Virus record (IMG/VR): IMGVR_UViG_3300012936_002700
Span: 1-54,265 of that record
Reading direction: 5' to 3' (one strand)
DNA length: 54,265 nt
DNA from: a virus
Lineage: Duplodnaviria; Caudoviricetes
Both the position numbers and the translations under genes were made by a program. Within the stretch, counting starts at the first letter, position 1. Each line of letters starts with the position of its first letter. The notes under the pieces are model-generated. The model ran no database searches and was not told where the DNA came from. It was given only the letters and a program-made list of their open reading frames with translations. Positions 19,624-29,612 of the stretch are shown one piece after another.

Positions 19624-20431
19624 TTTTAGTTTCCTTTCCTATATTAGGCACGTACTCATTTGCAATTAATTGATGTGCTTCTACGTTATAATGCTCATCA
19701 TCAATCGTAAATGTTTTACCCTTTGTTGATAAAAATGTGTCAACACTTTTATTTGCAACCTTTCCATACGAGCAGTCGCCAATTATATTTAAGTCTTCCG
19801 GCAACCACGTTTGCTCATTGATGGTAAAGATTTTCAAATCAATATTTTTATCTTTACACATTGTATTCCAAAGATATATTTCTTTGAAAAAACTTCTTTG
19901 ATTTACTAACGTCATTATTTCATACCATGCTTTTACTCTTTGGTATCCATCAGTTTGTAAATTTGGTTCTGTTATATCAAAAGGGTCAAACTGCAAAGCA
20001 ATAGTAGGACTTATTGCATAATCGCCTTTTACAGTAATTCTGCTCCCGTCAAAACTTTTCGTATCATCATTCCACATATTGATATTGTAACAATCTATGC
20101 GTCCTTTTGTTTCTTCTAAATTCATGTGTGTATCAAGTGGAACTAAATTTTCATAATGGCAAGGGTTTTGAAATCCTATTCTAAACCTATTCCAATATGT
20201 TTGTTGTATAACAACTTCATCGATATCATCATATTTCTTCAACAAAAAAGCAAGACGCTCACTATAATCATACCAACCTCTACCAGGACAAGCAAATATT
20301 ACTCCGTCCTTGTTTTGATTGTTAATATAAATTTCTGCCCAGTTGTTGTCATTCCAACGGTCACGAGTACCGTGTTGCTTACTATAACTATAGCCTGCAC
20401 TATGACTACAACCTATGACAGCAGTTCTCAT
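19616..20431 (-). CDS. SGNH/GDSL hydrolase-like protein
   Basis: N-terminal IGCSHSAG and C-terminal DDEHYN (DxxH). Confidence 0.55.
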   Translation of the reverse strand: MRTAVIGCSHSAGYSYSKQHGTRDRWNDNNWAEIYINNQNKDGVIFACPGRGWYDYSERLAFLLKKYDDIDEVVIQQTYWNRFRIGFQNPCHYENLVPLDTHMNLEETKGRIDCYNINMWNDDTKSFDGSRITVKGDYAISPTIALQFDPFDITEPNLQTDGYQRVKAWYEIMTLVNQRSFFKEIYLWNTMCKDKNIDLKIFTINEQTWLPEDLNIIGDCSYGKVANKSVDTFLSTKGKTFTIDDEHYNVEAHQLIANEYVPNIGKETKNG

Positions 20432-20808
20432 TACGCAAATAACTCCATTTGTTTTTCTTCTTCTGTGCTATACTTTTGTTTAGCAGGAATAACACCACGA
20501 ACTCCACCTTTTGGATCGTCCATGTCTCCTTTACGTCTTGGAATCAAATGTACGTGAGAATACATTACAGTTTGTCCTGCTTCTTGTCCTACATTTTGTC
20601 CAATGTTAAATGCATCACAGTAGCCTTTATCTACCCAGTCGTATCCCCATTTGTAAGCGGCTTGAAAACAGTCTGTCAAATGTTGCCAGTCATCTTGTTT
20701 AGGAACAAAAAGAACATGGCCTTCTGTAACAGGATACTTGTCTTTAAATACTGTAAACTTTTTAGTATCAATTAAAACATCTTTCCAAGGTATTTCGTTA
20801 TATTGCAT
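20431..20808 (-). CDS. HIT family nucleotide hydrolase
   Basis: D.YPVT.GH.L.VPK; AGQTV.YSHVHLIPR. Confidence 0.9.
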   Translation of the reverse strand: MQYNEIPWKDVLIDTKKFTVFKDKYPVTEGHVLFVPKQDDWQHLTDCFQAAYKWGYDWVDKGYCDAFNIGQNVGQEAGQTVMYSHVHLIPRRKGDMDDPKGGVRGVIPAKQKYSTEEEKQMELFA

Positions 20809-21518
20809 TATTTGTCTCCGTGTGAAAGTTGATATGTATCTTCATAGAAGTGTACACTATATCCTTTACCATTTGTATCACCTCCATTGTTCATGACAGT
20901 ATTATCATCTGTTTTATATGAAACACCATCTATAATACATTCTCCGTTTGGCATTTCTACTTCTTTGAAAAGCAGTTTGTTAGGATCAAACTTCTCTCCC
21001 TGTAAATGTAAAACACCATCAAAGAACGTTCCTTTTTCATTACTAATCATTTGTGCGTACCAACCACTTGGCAAAGTTTCTTCTACAACTTCTACGTTTT
21101 CATCGTACTTCTCAAACCAATCAGTAAAGTTAACTCCTTCTACTACGTTGCTTATATGCTTTGAAGTATAGTCATAGCCTGCAACTTCGTCTACATCTAT
21201 TACTGCACTATCAGATGTTACACCGTAATAGTGTCCTGATTCATTAGGCGGTTCATGCCAACCTGTATGATATTCTCTATCCTGGTTCCAAAGGTAATCT
21301 GCATACTGTGGCATATCATTATGCTTACGATACTCTTCAGGATCTACCATATAATCTTCTGCTTCACCACTGCTTTGTTTGTTCCACCATTCAGCACATT
21401 CTTTTGTAATATTATTCCATACCATCTCGGATCCATATCCGTGAATTGTAATACGATAATATTTGTCCGGAAACTTAATATTTTCTATAAGTTCGTGCTT
21501 TTCCTGTGATGTTGCCAT
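20808..21518 (-). CDS. Acidic hypothetical protein
   Basis: ORF; probable start MATSQE at 21518. Confidence 0.7.
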   Translation of the reverse strand: MATSQEKHELIENIKFPDKYYRITIHGYGSEMVWNNITKECAEWWNKQSSGEAEDYMVDPEEYRKHNDMPQYADYLWNQDREYHTGWHEPPNESGHYYGVTSDSAVIDVDEVAGYDYTSKHISNVVEGVNFTDWFEKYDENVEVVEETLPSGWYAQMISNEKGTFFDGVLHLQGEKFDPNKLLFKEVEMPNGECIIDGVSYKTDDNTVMNNGGDTNGKGYSVHFYEDTYQLSHGDK

Positions 21519-22087
21519 TAGTACTCTGCCACATTTTCCCATGGATAAACAAGCCAAACATCTTCTTCTGCTTTGTTTACTGTATCACAAGCATAATTTA
21601 CACACTGGTCAAATTTAGAACTTAAATTATCTGTTAGCACTGCAAAGTGTACATTATCTCTCCATACTGCTTTCCAGGCATCATCTTGTTCTGGCAAACA
21701 ACTTTGTTGCCAATCTTTTTTAATCCAATTAAATGTTGCACCAGTATCATTAATATCATCAACAATTAAAATATTCTTTCTTAAGTTAGGTGCCCATCTT
21801 GCACCTGTTACCTGTGTTGTCTTTCCTGTTCTATCACTATTGTATCCGAATGCATCTTCTGCCATCCAAAAGTTACTTTCACTATCTCTTTTATCATCAC
21901 GCAAACTTACTTTTAGTGCTTCACAACGTATTCCTGTCATATTGGAAATAATAGTTGCAGGAACATTACCTCCACGTGTAATACCTACTATGTAATCTGG
22001 TTTCCAATTTTCTTTATACATTTGATTAACAATACTAACACACATTTTTTCTATGTCAGTCCAACTGTAATATTTCTTCTTAATCAT
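21518..22087 (-). CDS. Type I phosphoribosyltransferase (Gpt/Hpt-like)
   Basis: GITRGG, ILIVDDINDTGAT PRPP-binding loop, W.VYPWE. Confidence 0.88.
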   Translation of the reverse strand: MIKKKYYSWTDIEKMCVSIVNQMYKENWKPDYIVGITRGGNVPATIISNMTGIRCEALKVSLRDDKRDSESNFWMAEDAFGYNSDRTGKTTQVTGARWAPNLRKNILIVDDINDTGATFNWIKKDWQQSCLPEQDDAWKAVWRDNVHFAVLTDNLSSKFDQCVNYACDTVNKAEEDVWLVYPWENVAEY

Positions 22088-22718
22088 AATTTTTCCTTAT
22101 GTTTAAAAACTGCTGGTTACCTTTTTCAACAATAACCCCAGTACCCTTTCCTTCACCTGCATTTACAAATTTAAGTGCTGGAACAAATCTTGCATTAGAT
22201 CTAAATCCTGTAGCACTATGGTTAATATTACTCCTAAAAAAACAAAAACGTCCTGGAATTGGAGCAATGCTTATAACAAGAGGTTCATCAAAGTTTTCAA
22301 TATCTTTTACTTTGTAATCCCCAAGATCTTCTTTAGTAATAAAGAATTTTGTTTCACCTTTTTCATCTGGTGCCCATTTACTATTACAGTAATACAATAA
22401 TGTATAATCACAATCATCTTGATGATAATATGCATCTTCGCCTGTTGCAAAGAAGTTTAAATTGCTTCTTCTATATTCTAATCCTTCAAGGTCATTTAAT
22501 TTTTCATTTACAACGTTCCATAGAGTTGACCATGTATGTGTATTTTCAAAATCAAAGCATTGTAAACCTGTTGGCGGTTGATCTGGATTATCTCTTGTCC
22601 CCCATTTAAAAGGCACATTTTGTATATCTTTTTCTAACACTTGTATTACATTAGAATTAAAGACATTATCATATACAGTTATTAAACCACCATAGTATAC
22701 TTGCTTTTTAATTTCCAC
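22080..22718 (-). CDS. Fe(II)/2OG oxygenase (prolyl-hydroxylase-like)
   Basis: HQD, TLLYY, GET.F, PGR..F....H, distal R. Confidence 0.8.
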   Translation of the reverse strand: MEIKKQVYYGGLITVYDNVFNSNVIQVLEKDIQNVPFKWGTRDNPDQPPTGLQCFDFENTHTWSTLWNVVNEKLNDLEGLEYRRSNLNFFATGEDAYYHQDDCDYTLLYYCNSKWAPDEKGETKFFITKEDLGDYKVKDIENFDEPLVISIAPIPGRFCFFRSNINHSATGFRSNARFVPALKFVNAGEGKGTGVIVEKGNQQFLNIRKNYD

Positions 22719-23226
22719 CTGCTAAATCCTTTTGTGCAAGATAAGTTTCATTATCTATCCATTTGTATCCACGTTCAGTTATAGTATCTCCTCCAACCCA
22801 ACGTACAAATCCCCATTGCTTTGTTTTACGCCCCATAAAGAAAATACTTGTACAAGGTATCTCTTTTCCGTTTTCATCTTTTGCTAATTCTAACCAATGT
22901 AAGTCATCTGCTTTTCTAAAACGTATTGAGCCTGGACCTCTCCAAACTCGCGTACTACCAACAACTCCTCCTGTGTCATCATTGAGTAAAGGAATATGTT
23001 CCCAGTAACCACCTTTAAGAATAATTGCACCCCAACTCCATGGATGATCATGTAACACTGGTTCATCGCTTACAAGTACCTTATGCAATGTAATATTGAA
23101 AGGAAAGTTTTTTCTTTCTTTCAAAAACAAGTAATAACGAATTAGATATGGTATTTGTCCTGTTCTATCCGTAATAACTCTACGTCTTCCAAGTTTATCC
23201 ATTAATTTAGAAAGGAACGTCATCAT
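22708..23226 (-). CDS. Cupin-like protein
   Basis: LHDHPW...ILKGGY.E, H.LEL, WGF. Confidence 0.65.
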   Translation of the reverse strand: MMTFLSKLMDKLGRRRVITDRTGQIPYLIRYYLFLKERKNFPFNITLHKVLVSDEPVLHDHPWSWGAIILKGGYWEHIPLLNDDTGGVVGSTRVWRGPGSIRFRKADDLHWLELAKDENGKEIPCTSIFFMGRKTKQWGFVRWVGGDTITERGYKWIDNETYLAQKDLAGGN

Positions 23227-23542
23227 CTAATTTTTTTCTCCCATTATAATCATCTTTGACCATATTGTATATTTTAATAAATTGTTCATACTGCAATTTA
23301 AGTGCAGGATAAATTTCAATCATTTGTTCAACTTGATATTCACTTGGCCAATTGTCTTGTGGACTTACATCAAACGTTGGCGTAAATGATGTTGTATCGT
23401 CCCAACTTGATGTGTCAATAGTAAATGTACCATCGTCATTTTGTAAACTATCAGTATCAATAGTAATATTATAATCGTTATCGTTTCCCATAATGCCACC
23501 AACTGTTGCACCTGAATAAGTTATTTTTGTTTTATCGTCCAT
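23207..23542 (-). CDS. Hypothetical protein
   Basis: Probable start MDDKTK at 23542; the track N-extension overlaps the GT gene. Confidence 0.6.
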   Translation of the reverse strand: MDDKTKITYSGATVGGIMGNDNDYNITIDTDSLQNDDGTFTIDTSSWDDTTSFTPTFDVSPQDNWPSEYQVEQMIEIYPALKLQYEQFIKIYNMVKDDYNGRKKLDDDVPF

Positions 23543-24581
23543 CTTGAATTGCCCTATACAATGCTTTACCACTGAAAAAATCATTTGCAAGTTTCTGCGT
23601 TTGTTTTTGCATCGGAATAATATATTTTTTATAGTTTTCCATGTAGTCAATAATTTTATCCATAACAAATTTTTTATTAAGTTTATATGTTTCAAAGTCT
23701 TTAGTCCATTCGCTTGGATACTTAAATTCATCAATTGCCATTTCACTGTAACTTAATCTATCTGGAATCATTGGAATAGTATCTACAAGTAAACCTTCAT
23801 ACCAACTAATACCAAGTGTTTCTTGTAGGTTAGCACTAAACACAAGTTTCGCTTTACCTAACAAATTATGATATTCATTTTTTGTCAATTCTTTTTCTTG
23901 GCATACAATAAATTCATATTGTGGCAAACTTTCTTTTAAGTCTTGAAATATTTCAGGCTGTTTTTCAGGAGCAATTCTATGTGGAAACAAAATAATATTT
24001 TCTTTATCCATGCCTTTATACATATCAAAACTGTTTCTCAAATACTCCATAGGCCAACCAACACGTTTAGTTTTGTCTTCTTGCATAGCAAGACTTTGTC
24101 TAAACAAGTCTATATGGAAGTCAGTTGCATAAAAGTTGTCATCATAACATTCATACATAGAACGTTCTGCATGACGTACCCAAGGTTTGTCGCCAATCAG
24201 TCTACCTAAAAAGTCTTGTGGATCATAACTACCAGCGTGCCACAAACCACCAATGCGAATGTTAACACCCAATAGTTCTGCCATATAGCGTAATTGAATA
24301 ACTGTAGGATTCCAAGCATCAGTATAAAGAAAATAGTCACCATTCTTAATTTCTCCATCACAAAACTTTTCTCCTATAGTTTCTAATTGTTTACTTTTGT
24401 AAACATTTGTTCCGCCAAAGTTAAGAAATGCCCCAGGCGTTGTAGCCTGAGGCGTCTCTCCTCCACTAATGACTTCTACTGTTTCATTTGTAGCACGTTG
24501 AAGTTGCTTTGGAAGATGTTCCTTCCATTGCTTTGTATACCGTGTATCAACTGCTTCAATGTCTACAATATGAATAGTCAT
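23532..24581 (-). CDS. GT-B glycosyltransferase (GT4-like)
   Basis: FPHRIAPEKQPE, QETLGIS.YEG (ExxGxxxxE). Confidence 0.8.
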   Translation of the reverse strand: MTIHIVDIEAVDTRYTKQWKEHLPKQLQRATNETVEVISGGETPQATTPGAFLNFGGTNVYKSKQLETIGEKFCDGEIKNGDYFLYTDAWNPTVIQLRYMAELLGVNIRIGGLWHAGSYDPQDFLGRLIGDKPWVRHAERSMYECYDDNFYATDFHIDLFRQSLAMQEDKTKRVGWPMEYLRNSFDMYKGMDKENIILFPHRIAPEKQPEIFQDLKESLPQYEFIVCQEKELTKNEYHNLLGKAKLVFSANLQETLGISWYEGLLVDTIPMIPDRLSYSEMAIDEFKYPSEWTKDFETYKLNKKFVMDKIIDYMENYKKYIIPMQKQTQKLANDFFSGKALYRAIQDGR

Positions 24582-24808
24582 TAGTTTCTCCTAAAGTTTT
24601 TCTTTTTAAAGTGTGGACGAGGTCGTTTACCTTTAGTAAACGCAACGTATGTGCGCCACGCTTCGCTCTTGTTATTGTACAAGTCACGTTCATCAAACTT
24701 AAATGAACGGCTGTAACCATCAACCCAAGTAGTTGCACAGAACTTCTTGAACTTCGCAAGATCTGTATGGATCTTGTTATACGTTTCACGATCAAATTCA
24801 ATCGCCAT
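24581..24808 (-). CDS. Small basic hypothetical protein
   Basis: Probable start MAIEF at 24808 with GAGGAG upstream. Confidence 0.6.
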   Translation of the reverse strand: MAIEFDRETYNKIHTDLAKFKKFCATTWVDGYSRSFKFDERDLYNNKSEAWRTYVAFTKGKRPRPHFKKKNFRRN

Positions 24809-24821
24809 TTCATAATACTCC

Positions 24822-25265
24822 TCAGTATTTTGCGTACTCAATATGTGCGCCATTTTCACCATCTTCACTAATGTCAATGTGAACTTCACGCCCAGGGAAT
24901 TTTTCGTTGATCTTTTCATAAAGATCATCACTCATCATTTCACATGATTTGTAATCTAAGTCTAAAGTTTTTTCTGCGTATAGTTTCTCCATCCATCGTT
25001 TAAATTGTATGAATTCAATATCTCTGTCATTATGTGTTACAGTGATACCTACTTTAAAATGGAAGATGTGTCTATGAGGATAACCTAAAAACGATACATC
25101 ATCCCAATCACCTGTTGCTAACTTAGGATCATCTAAGGCCGCAGGATATTTGTGGATACCTTCCTTACGAAATGTTACCCATATCATTCTTTTTGCCGTA
25201 TTCATAATACGTTCATGTGTTTCTTTTGTCATTGCTTCTTTCATCATTGTGTCAGTTATACTCAT
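24822..25265 (-). CDS. QueD-like T-fold protein with LxxxHRHxF motif (DpdL-like candidate)
   Basis: EGIH...FLGYPHRHIF, DIEF, SCE, EDGENG; lacks QueD CxxxHGH. True start may be a downstream Met. Confidence 0.7.
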   Translation of the reverse strand: MSITDTMMKEAMTKETHERIMNTAKRMIWVTFRKEGIHKYPAALDDPKLATGDWDDVSFLGYPHRHIFHFKVGITVTHNDRDIEFIQFKRWMEKLYAEKTLDLDYKSCEMMSDDLYEKINEKFPGREVHIDISEDGENGAHIEYAKY

Positions 25266-26494
25266 ATTATAAAACCTTTCTCATCGTTTGTCAATGGTTT
25301 ATTTTGATTTATTTTGGAAACCAGGTCATCAAAAACTGTTAAAATATAATCAGTTTCTTGTTTCTTGGTTTCGTAAAAACTACATACTTTGAGTGTAGTT
25401 GTTGAGTAAATCCAAATACCATTGCCATTTAGAAATGCTCTAATATCGTTTAGCATCATTTGATTTCCTACTTTACTCATATTACAATTTAAAAAACTGC
25501 CTTTATGTGTAACATCAAATGCTTCTACTTTCTTAAGTATCTCTGCAAGTTGTTCTATAAATTTTGATACATTTGATTTAACGTTTGCACCAATTTTATG
25601 TGTTTCACAATATTCAAGTGCGGCAACAGTTGCAGTTGCTCCTACAGGATCTTGACTTCTTGAATTGCCAATACATAATGGCAATGCCCAACCTGTGTCA
25701 ATTGGTCTTGATATTTGATCAAGTATCTCTCTTGAAATACAAGTGATTGCAAACGAACTAAATCCGCCTGCAAGTGCTTTTCCAAAACACCCAATGTCGG
25801 GTTGTAAATTACGTACAACGGCATCACTAAAATTACCAAATCTATACATACCTGTAAACACTTCGTCTGCAATAATTTTGTAATCGTATTTTTCTCTGCC
25901 TTTCTTGATCTTTTCAATTAGTTCGTCGGACATTTCATCTACACCATTGAACCAACTTACAGTATCACAAAGCACTGCACAAATGTTTCCTTTGTGCTTT
26001 TCTAAAACATTATCAAAGTCATTATCATAAAAGTCCACAAACTCTACTGTAGGTAAATGACTACTCCAACCTCTATAGTCGGACATTGCCCAACCAGTAA
26101 TACTACCACTGTGAAAACTTCCTTTACGTACAAGAACTTTGTTTTTCTTTTTGTTTGAATAGTATTGAAAACAAAACTTTAGTGCATTATCTGTTGCGTC
26201 ACTGCCACTATGTGCAGGAATAAACGCCCAGTAGTTAGGAAGTAATTTTCCAAGTGTGCTTTCTAATTTTTCCCATATTACAGGTTTAGCATTCCAATCG
26301 TTACTTGGCCAAACTCTATGTGCGTGTGTTGTGTGTAATGAAATATATTCATTGTTGAAGCCAAGAACATTACAACCTTTACCAGCACTTATATCGTAAT
26401 AGTTCTTACCTTTAGACTCAACAAACCTACTGCTCATACTTGTTACAGTAGGCATTGTGTCTGTTGGATCACAAAAACTGTGCAGTAATTTCAT
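25262..26494 (-). CDS. Class III PLP-dependent aminotransferase
   Basis: SGSDA.D.ALK, SFHSG, IIADEVFTG..RFG, GKALAGG (PLP Lys). Confidence 0.88.
   Translation of the reverse strand: MKLLHSFCDPTDTMPTVTSMSSRFVESKGKNYYDISAGKGCNVLGFNNEYISLHTTHAHRVWPSNDWNAKPVIWEKLESTLGKLLPNYWAFIPAHSGSDATDNALKFCFQYYSNKKKNKVLVRKGSFHSGSITGWAMSDYRGWSSHLPTVEFVDFYDNDFDNVLEKHKGNICAVLCDTVSWFNGVDEMSDELIEKIKKGREKYDYKIIADEVFTGMYRFGNFSDAVVRNLQPDIGCFGKALAGGFSSFAITCISREILDQISRPIDTGWALPLCIGNSRSQDPVGATATVAALEYCETHKIGANVKSNVSKFIEQLAEILKKVEAFDVTHKGSFLNCNMSKVGNQMMLNDIRAFLNGNGIWIYSTTTLKVCSFYETKKQETDYILTVFDDLVSKINQNKPLTNDEKGFII
25266..25294 (-). promoter_or_regulatory. Consensus sigma70 promoter inside the 3' end of the aminotransferase gene
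   Basis: TTGACA-17 nt-TATAAT. Confidence 0.7.
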
Positions 26495-27004
26495 TTAGTC
26501 CTCCGACGGATTATCGTCTCTATACTTTGACCAATCTGTAAATTTATCCCATTGTAGTAGCGGGTGAACGTTATGTACCCATACACCCGGATTAGAATGA
26601 TCAAAATCAGCATCGTCAATCTTGATACAAGCATTGTAGTTTAGTTGTTTGACGTAAGGCAGTTTTACACTAATCATACTAATAAAATTGTGTCTTTCAT
26701 TATAACCTGTTTCAAGTACCCAATCATGATACTTTACGTCATAGTCAAGTGTTACAAGATATTTCTTGTCAAGCAATCCAAACACAAGATCGTCCCAACC
26801 TTCTTTAGGAACAAAACTATGATTAGCACCTAAGTAAATATGATCTACTACGTGTTTCTTTGCTTGTACTAATACATTTTCTAATGGTTGACATCCTGTT
26901 ACAAACAATGTATGCATATCATGAGCAGGAGTTTTTTCTACTTCATATCCTGTAAAGTATATTACATCATCTGCAACAACATCATCTGCGTAGTCTCTTT
27001 TCAT
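26495..27004 (-). CDS. Hypothetical protein in the deazaguanine neighbourhood
   Basis: ORF; TLFV.G, HIYLGANHS, NPGVW. Confidence 0.75.
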   Translation of the reverse strand: MKRDYADDVVADDVIYFTGYEVEKTPAHDMHTLFVTGCQPLENVLVQAKKHVVDHIYLGANHSFVPKEGWDDLVFGLLDKKYLVTLDYDVKYHDWVLETGYNERHNFISMISVKLPYVKQLNYNACIKIDDADFDHSNPGVWVHNVHPLLQWDKFTDWSKYRDDNPSED

Positions 27005-27195
27005 TATCTTGCCTCTTTTAACATAGATGTTAATTGATCTTTAATTGCTAACTTTGTTTTCTTTAATTTTAGTAGTAAAGACTTGTGTGTAAAAGTACGA
27101 TCATGTTTTCTTTCTTCTTCAAGTTCTTTTACTTTCTTGTCATACCACTTATGACTTTCTTGTAGTTTTTTTACTTTTTTACTTACTTTTTCCAT
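27004..27195 (-). CDS. DUF465/YdcH-like small coiled-coil protein
   Basis: L...H...D..V...E...LKK.KL.IKD pattern; start at 27195. Confidence 0.6.
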   Translation of the reverse strand: MEKVSKKVKKLQESHKWYDKKVKELEEERKHDRTFTHKSLLLKLKKTKLAIKDQLTSMLKEAR

Positions 27196-27196
27196 T

Positions 27197-28657
27197 TTAT
27201 GCCTCCTCAAATAAATTTCCGAATTGTGTTTGTGCATTAACTGTCTTTTTACCAGTTGCACCACGAGTACCAATTATACTCATCCAGAACTTATTAAATT
27301 CTTCAATCACTGCGTATGCTTCGTCTTTGTTTGAAGTTGCGAATATTGCCTCCACAACATCTCTAAAAAATAACCTGTCAAAACGTTCTTCGACAAGCAT
27401 TGCTGGAATGACTCCATTGTCGTATTGTCTATTTGCTTCTTGTACTGCATTAATATGACTCCATACATTATGACCCATCTGGATCGCATAAGAAAAACTA
27501 TCCCAAGATGTTTTTCCTTCTTTGCCAATCTTATTTAGGTCACCTGGAGCATAAATGCAAATATCTTTTGCTTGGAGTCCTTGAGTGATTGGACTATTCT
27601 TAAAACTTCCGTGTTTGCCTTCTCTTACAAATGCATCTGCAAATGGACTTGTATCAGTTGCCATTGCTTTATCATCAATGCTTGGCACCATTCTATACAC
27701 CCATTTCTTTCTATCACCTGTTTCAAGTTCACAATAAATTTGTCCGTTAGCAGTTGCTAAGAATGGACTTGCACAATCAAACGTAATTGTAAAATTAGGA
27801 TTGTGATACTTACGCACTGCTCTTTGTATATCTGTTAGTAATGTTGCCCATTCTAACTTACTTGTACCTAAGAAGTGCATAAAGTCATGTTTGTCTTTTT
27901 CAAGTAATCCATCATATCGTAATGCAACAAGTCTTTTTAGCACAAGATGAATATCACACATATTCTGACCACCCATTGACCAACCATTAAAATGTGTGTC
28001 AGGATAAACTTTAGGATCACAATAGTCCTTCATTTGCTGATACCAATCTTCAGCATCTGCATGATTTTCACCTTGTAATACATTTAAGAATTTACAACTA
28101 CCACTTCTATTATTCATAAAGTAATCGTTGTTGATGCGTGTAGCATTAACGGCATCTTGATAGTTATCAATACCTGTTGCTTTAGCACCTGCTGGACTTC
28201 TTGATACCCAAGCCGGAATATCAAGTATCATACCATAATCCATATATGCGTCCATCCAAGCAAGAACTTGTTCACGTTTCTTTTTCGCTTTAGGACAATT
28301 AGGATCTTTCCAGTCACCTTCCCAAACACCTTTACCAATTTGGAATCCGCCACTGTCACCTAACAACCAAGAAGTATTTCTATCCCTATCTCTAATCATG
28401 TCTTCTTTAGGACTATCCTTGTTAATGTCTAACTCGGCGTGTCCTGCGGAATACAAACTCCAGTTGTATCCAAATAAACTTTTAGTTGGATTCAACCAGT
28501 TCATACTTTCAACACCGTTAGTAAAGTGTTTAGGTATACGGGAGTATTCTACATATTCTTCTTTACGTTGTTTGCCTACAAATGTAGCAAAGAAGCCACT
28601 AATTGCTGGCAAGAAGATTGCGTAGTCCTTCTGTTCTTGTGTTAGGTTAGTATTCAC
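27197..28657 (-). CDS. dpdA: tRNA-guanine-transglycosylase-fold protein, probable DNA 7-deazaguanine insertase (DpdA-like)
   Basis: DSGGFQ, LDIP, VLQG, GG, HFLG, FDCASP, HN; no CxCxxC Zn site; queE/folE context. Confidence 0.7.
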   Translation of the reverse strand: MNTNLTQEQKDYAIFLPAISGFFATFVGKQRKEEYVEYSRIPKHFTNGVESMNWLNPTKSLFGYNWSLYSAGHAELDINKDSPKEDMIRDRDRNTSWLLGDSGGFQIGKGVWEGDWKDPNCPKAKKKREQVLAWMDAYMDYGMILDIPAWVSRSPAGAKATGIDNYQDAVNATRINNDYFMNNRSGSCKFLNVLQGENHADAEDWYQQMKDYCDPKVYPDTHFNGWSMGGQNMCDIHLVLKRLVALRYDGLLEKDKHDFMHFLGTSKLEWATLLTDIQRAVRKYHNPNFTITFDCASPFLATANGQIYCELETGDRKKWVYRMVPSIDDKAMATDTSPFADAFVREGKHGSFKNSPITQGLQAKDICIYAPGDLNKIGKEGKTSWDSFSYAIQMGHNVWSHINAVQEANRQYDNGVIPAMLVEERFDRLFFRDVVEAIFATSNKDEAYAVIEEFNKFWMSIIGTRGATGKKTVNAQTQFGNLFEEA

Positions 28658-28855
28658 TTATATGTCCGTCCTTACAATATGTTTTCTTAAGGCTCTTACA
28701 AGTTCTTCAATTTTATCTACTACTGCTATCATATCTTTATCAGTAATATATTTTTGTTTCTCTCGCAATTTATCATATTCCTTAAGAGGTATAGTTACTG
28801 TGCTTCCTTCATTTTCAAACGATTTATCGTCATCTCTTTCATCAACACTTGTCAT
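28658..28855 (-). CDS. Small hypothetical protein
   Basis: Probable start MTSVDE at 28855. Confidence 0.6.
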   Translation of the reverse strand: MTSVDERDDDKSFENEGSTVTIPLKEYDKLREKQKYITDKDMIAVVDKIEELVRALRKHIVRTDI

Positions 28856-28862
28856 AAAATCC

Positions 28863-29591
28863 TTATTTTGTTTGTGCTGGAAGAATATAGTTATACTCTG
28901 CCAACCCACTATCAACAGTAAGTTGCATTGCACCTTGATCGGAAATGCTCATTGTTACCTTACCATCTAAGTTTAAGATTGCTTGTACTTGTGCTACAGG
29001 CCATGCCCATGCGTGTTTCAAACCACCAGTTACATCTGCATGGAATACAAATGAACCTGCGTGTTGCGATGCATCACCAAAACTAAACACAAGATTATTA
29101 TTTTCTGTTTTAACTGTAAAAACAGTTTCTTCAGAATGTGCAAGACTTTGAAACTTCATTCTTTGAATTGCCGCCATAGTTGGCTCAACAGTTACGTCCC
29201 AAGCCGCACCTTTAAATTTAACAGTTTTAAGTTTTTCTTCAATGATTTGTTTATTCATAAAACGATAATCATTTTCAAAGTCACCTGTTTCATTTTCAAA
29301 GTGAATGTGTGTTGGAACAGTTTCACCATTACGTTCTGCTTGTTCAACACTAATTTTTGCGTTCTTCTGATATTCTGGACACTTCAAATGAAGTGATAGT
29401 TTATCTAAGTTAGGCATACCAAAAGTACCTGTAAATTCTGCTACAGGATTTTTAGTTTTCGAACTTAGGATTACGGAACGATCTTCTGCCATCGATTCGA
29501 TAGTAGTATCTGTTTCGTTTGTCACCTTTACAATGTTAAGAAATCCTAACGAATGTGTATGGGCAACGATGTCTTGTAAAATGTCTTTCAT
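28863..29591 (-). CDS. Sliding clamp (gp45-like), putative
   Basis: 242 aa, two-domain alpha/beta pattern ending Y.Y.LPA; near DNA polymerase. Confidence 0.6.
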   Translation of the reverse strand: MKDILQDIVAHTHSLGFLNIVKVTNETDTTIESMAEDRSVILSSKTKNPVAEFTGTFGMPNLDKLSLHLKCPEYQKNAKISVEQAERNGETVPTHIHFENETGDFENDYRFMNKQIIEEKLKTVKFKGAAWDVTVEPTMAAIQRMKFQSLAHSEETVFTVKTENNNLVFSFGDASQHAGSFVFHADVTGGLKHAWAWPVAQVQAILNLDGKVTMSISDQGAMQLTVDSGLAEYNYILPAQTK

Positions 29592-29612
29592 GGTTGATCT
29601 CCTATTGTTACT

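Noticed and set aside
23543-23746. Long N-terminal extensions in the track (also 2065-2118, 24809-24931, 27196-27273, 28856-28933, 30755-30811)
   Set aside because: They overlap upstream genes; downstream starts with an SD or stop/start coupling fit better
27197-28657. Ordinary bacterial tRNA-guanine transglycosylase (tgt)
   Set aside because: Lacks the CxCxxC Zn site, is longer and divergent, and sits among DNA replication genes; a DNA target is favoured but unproven
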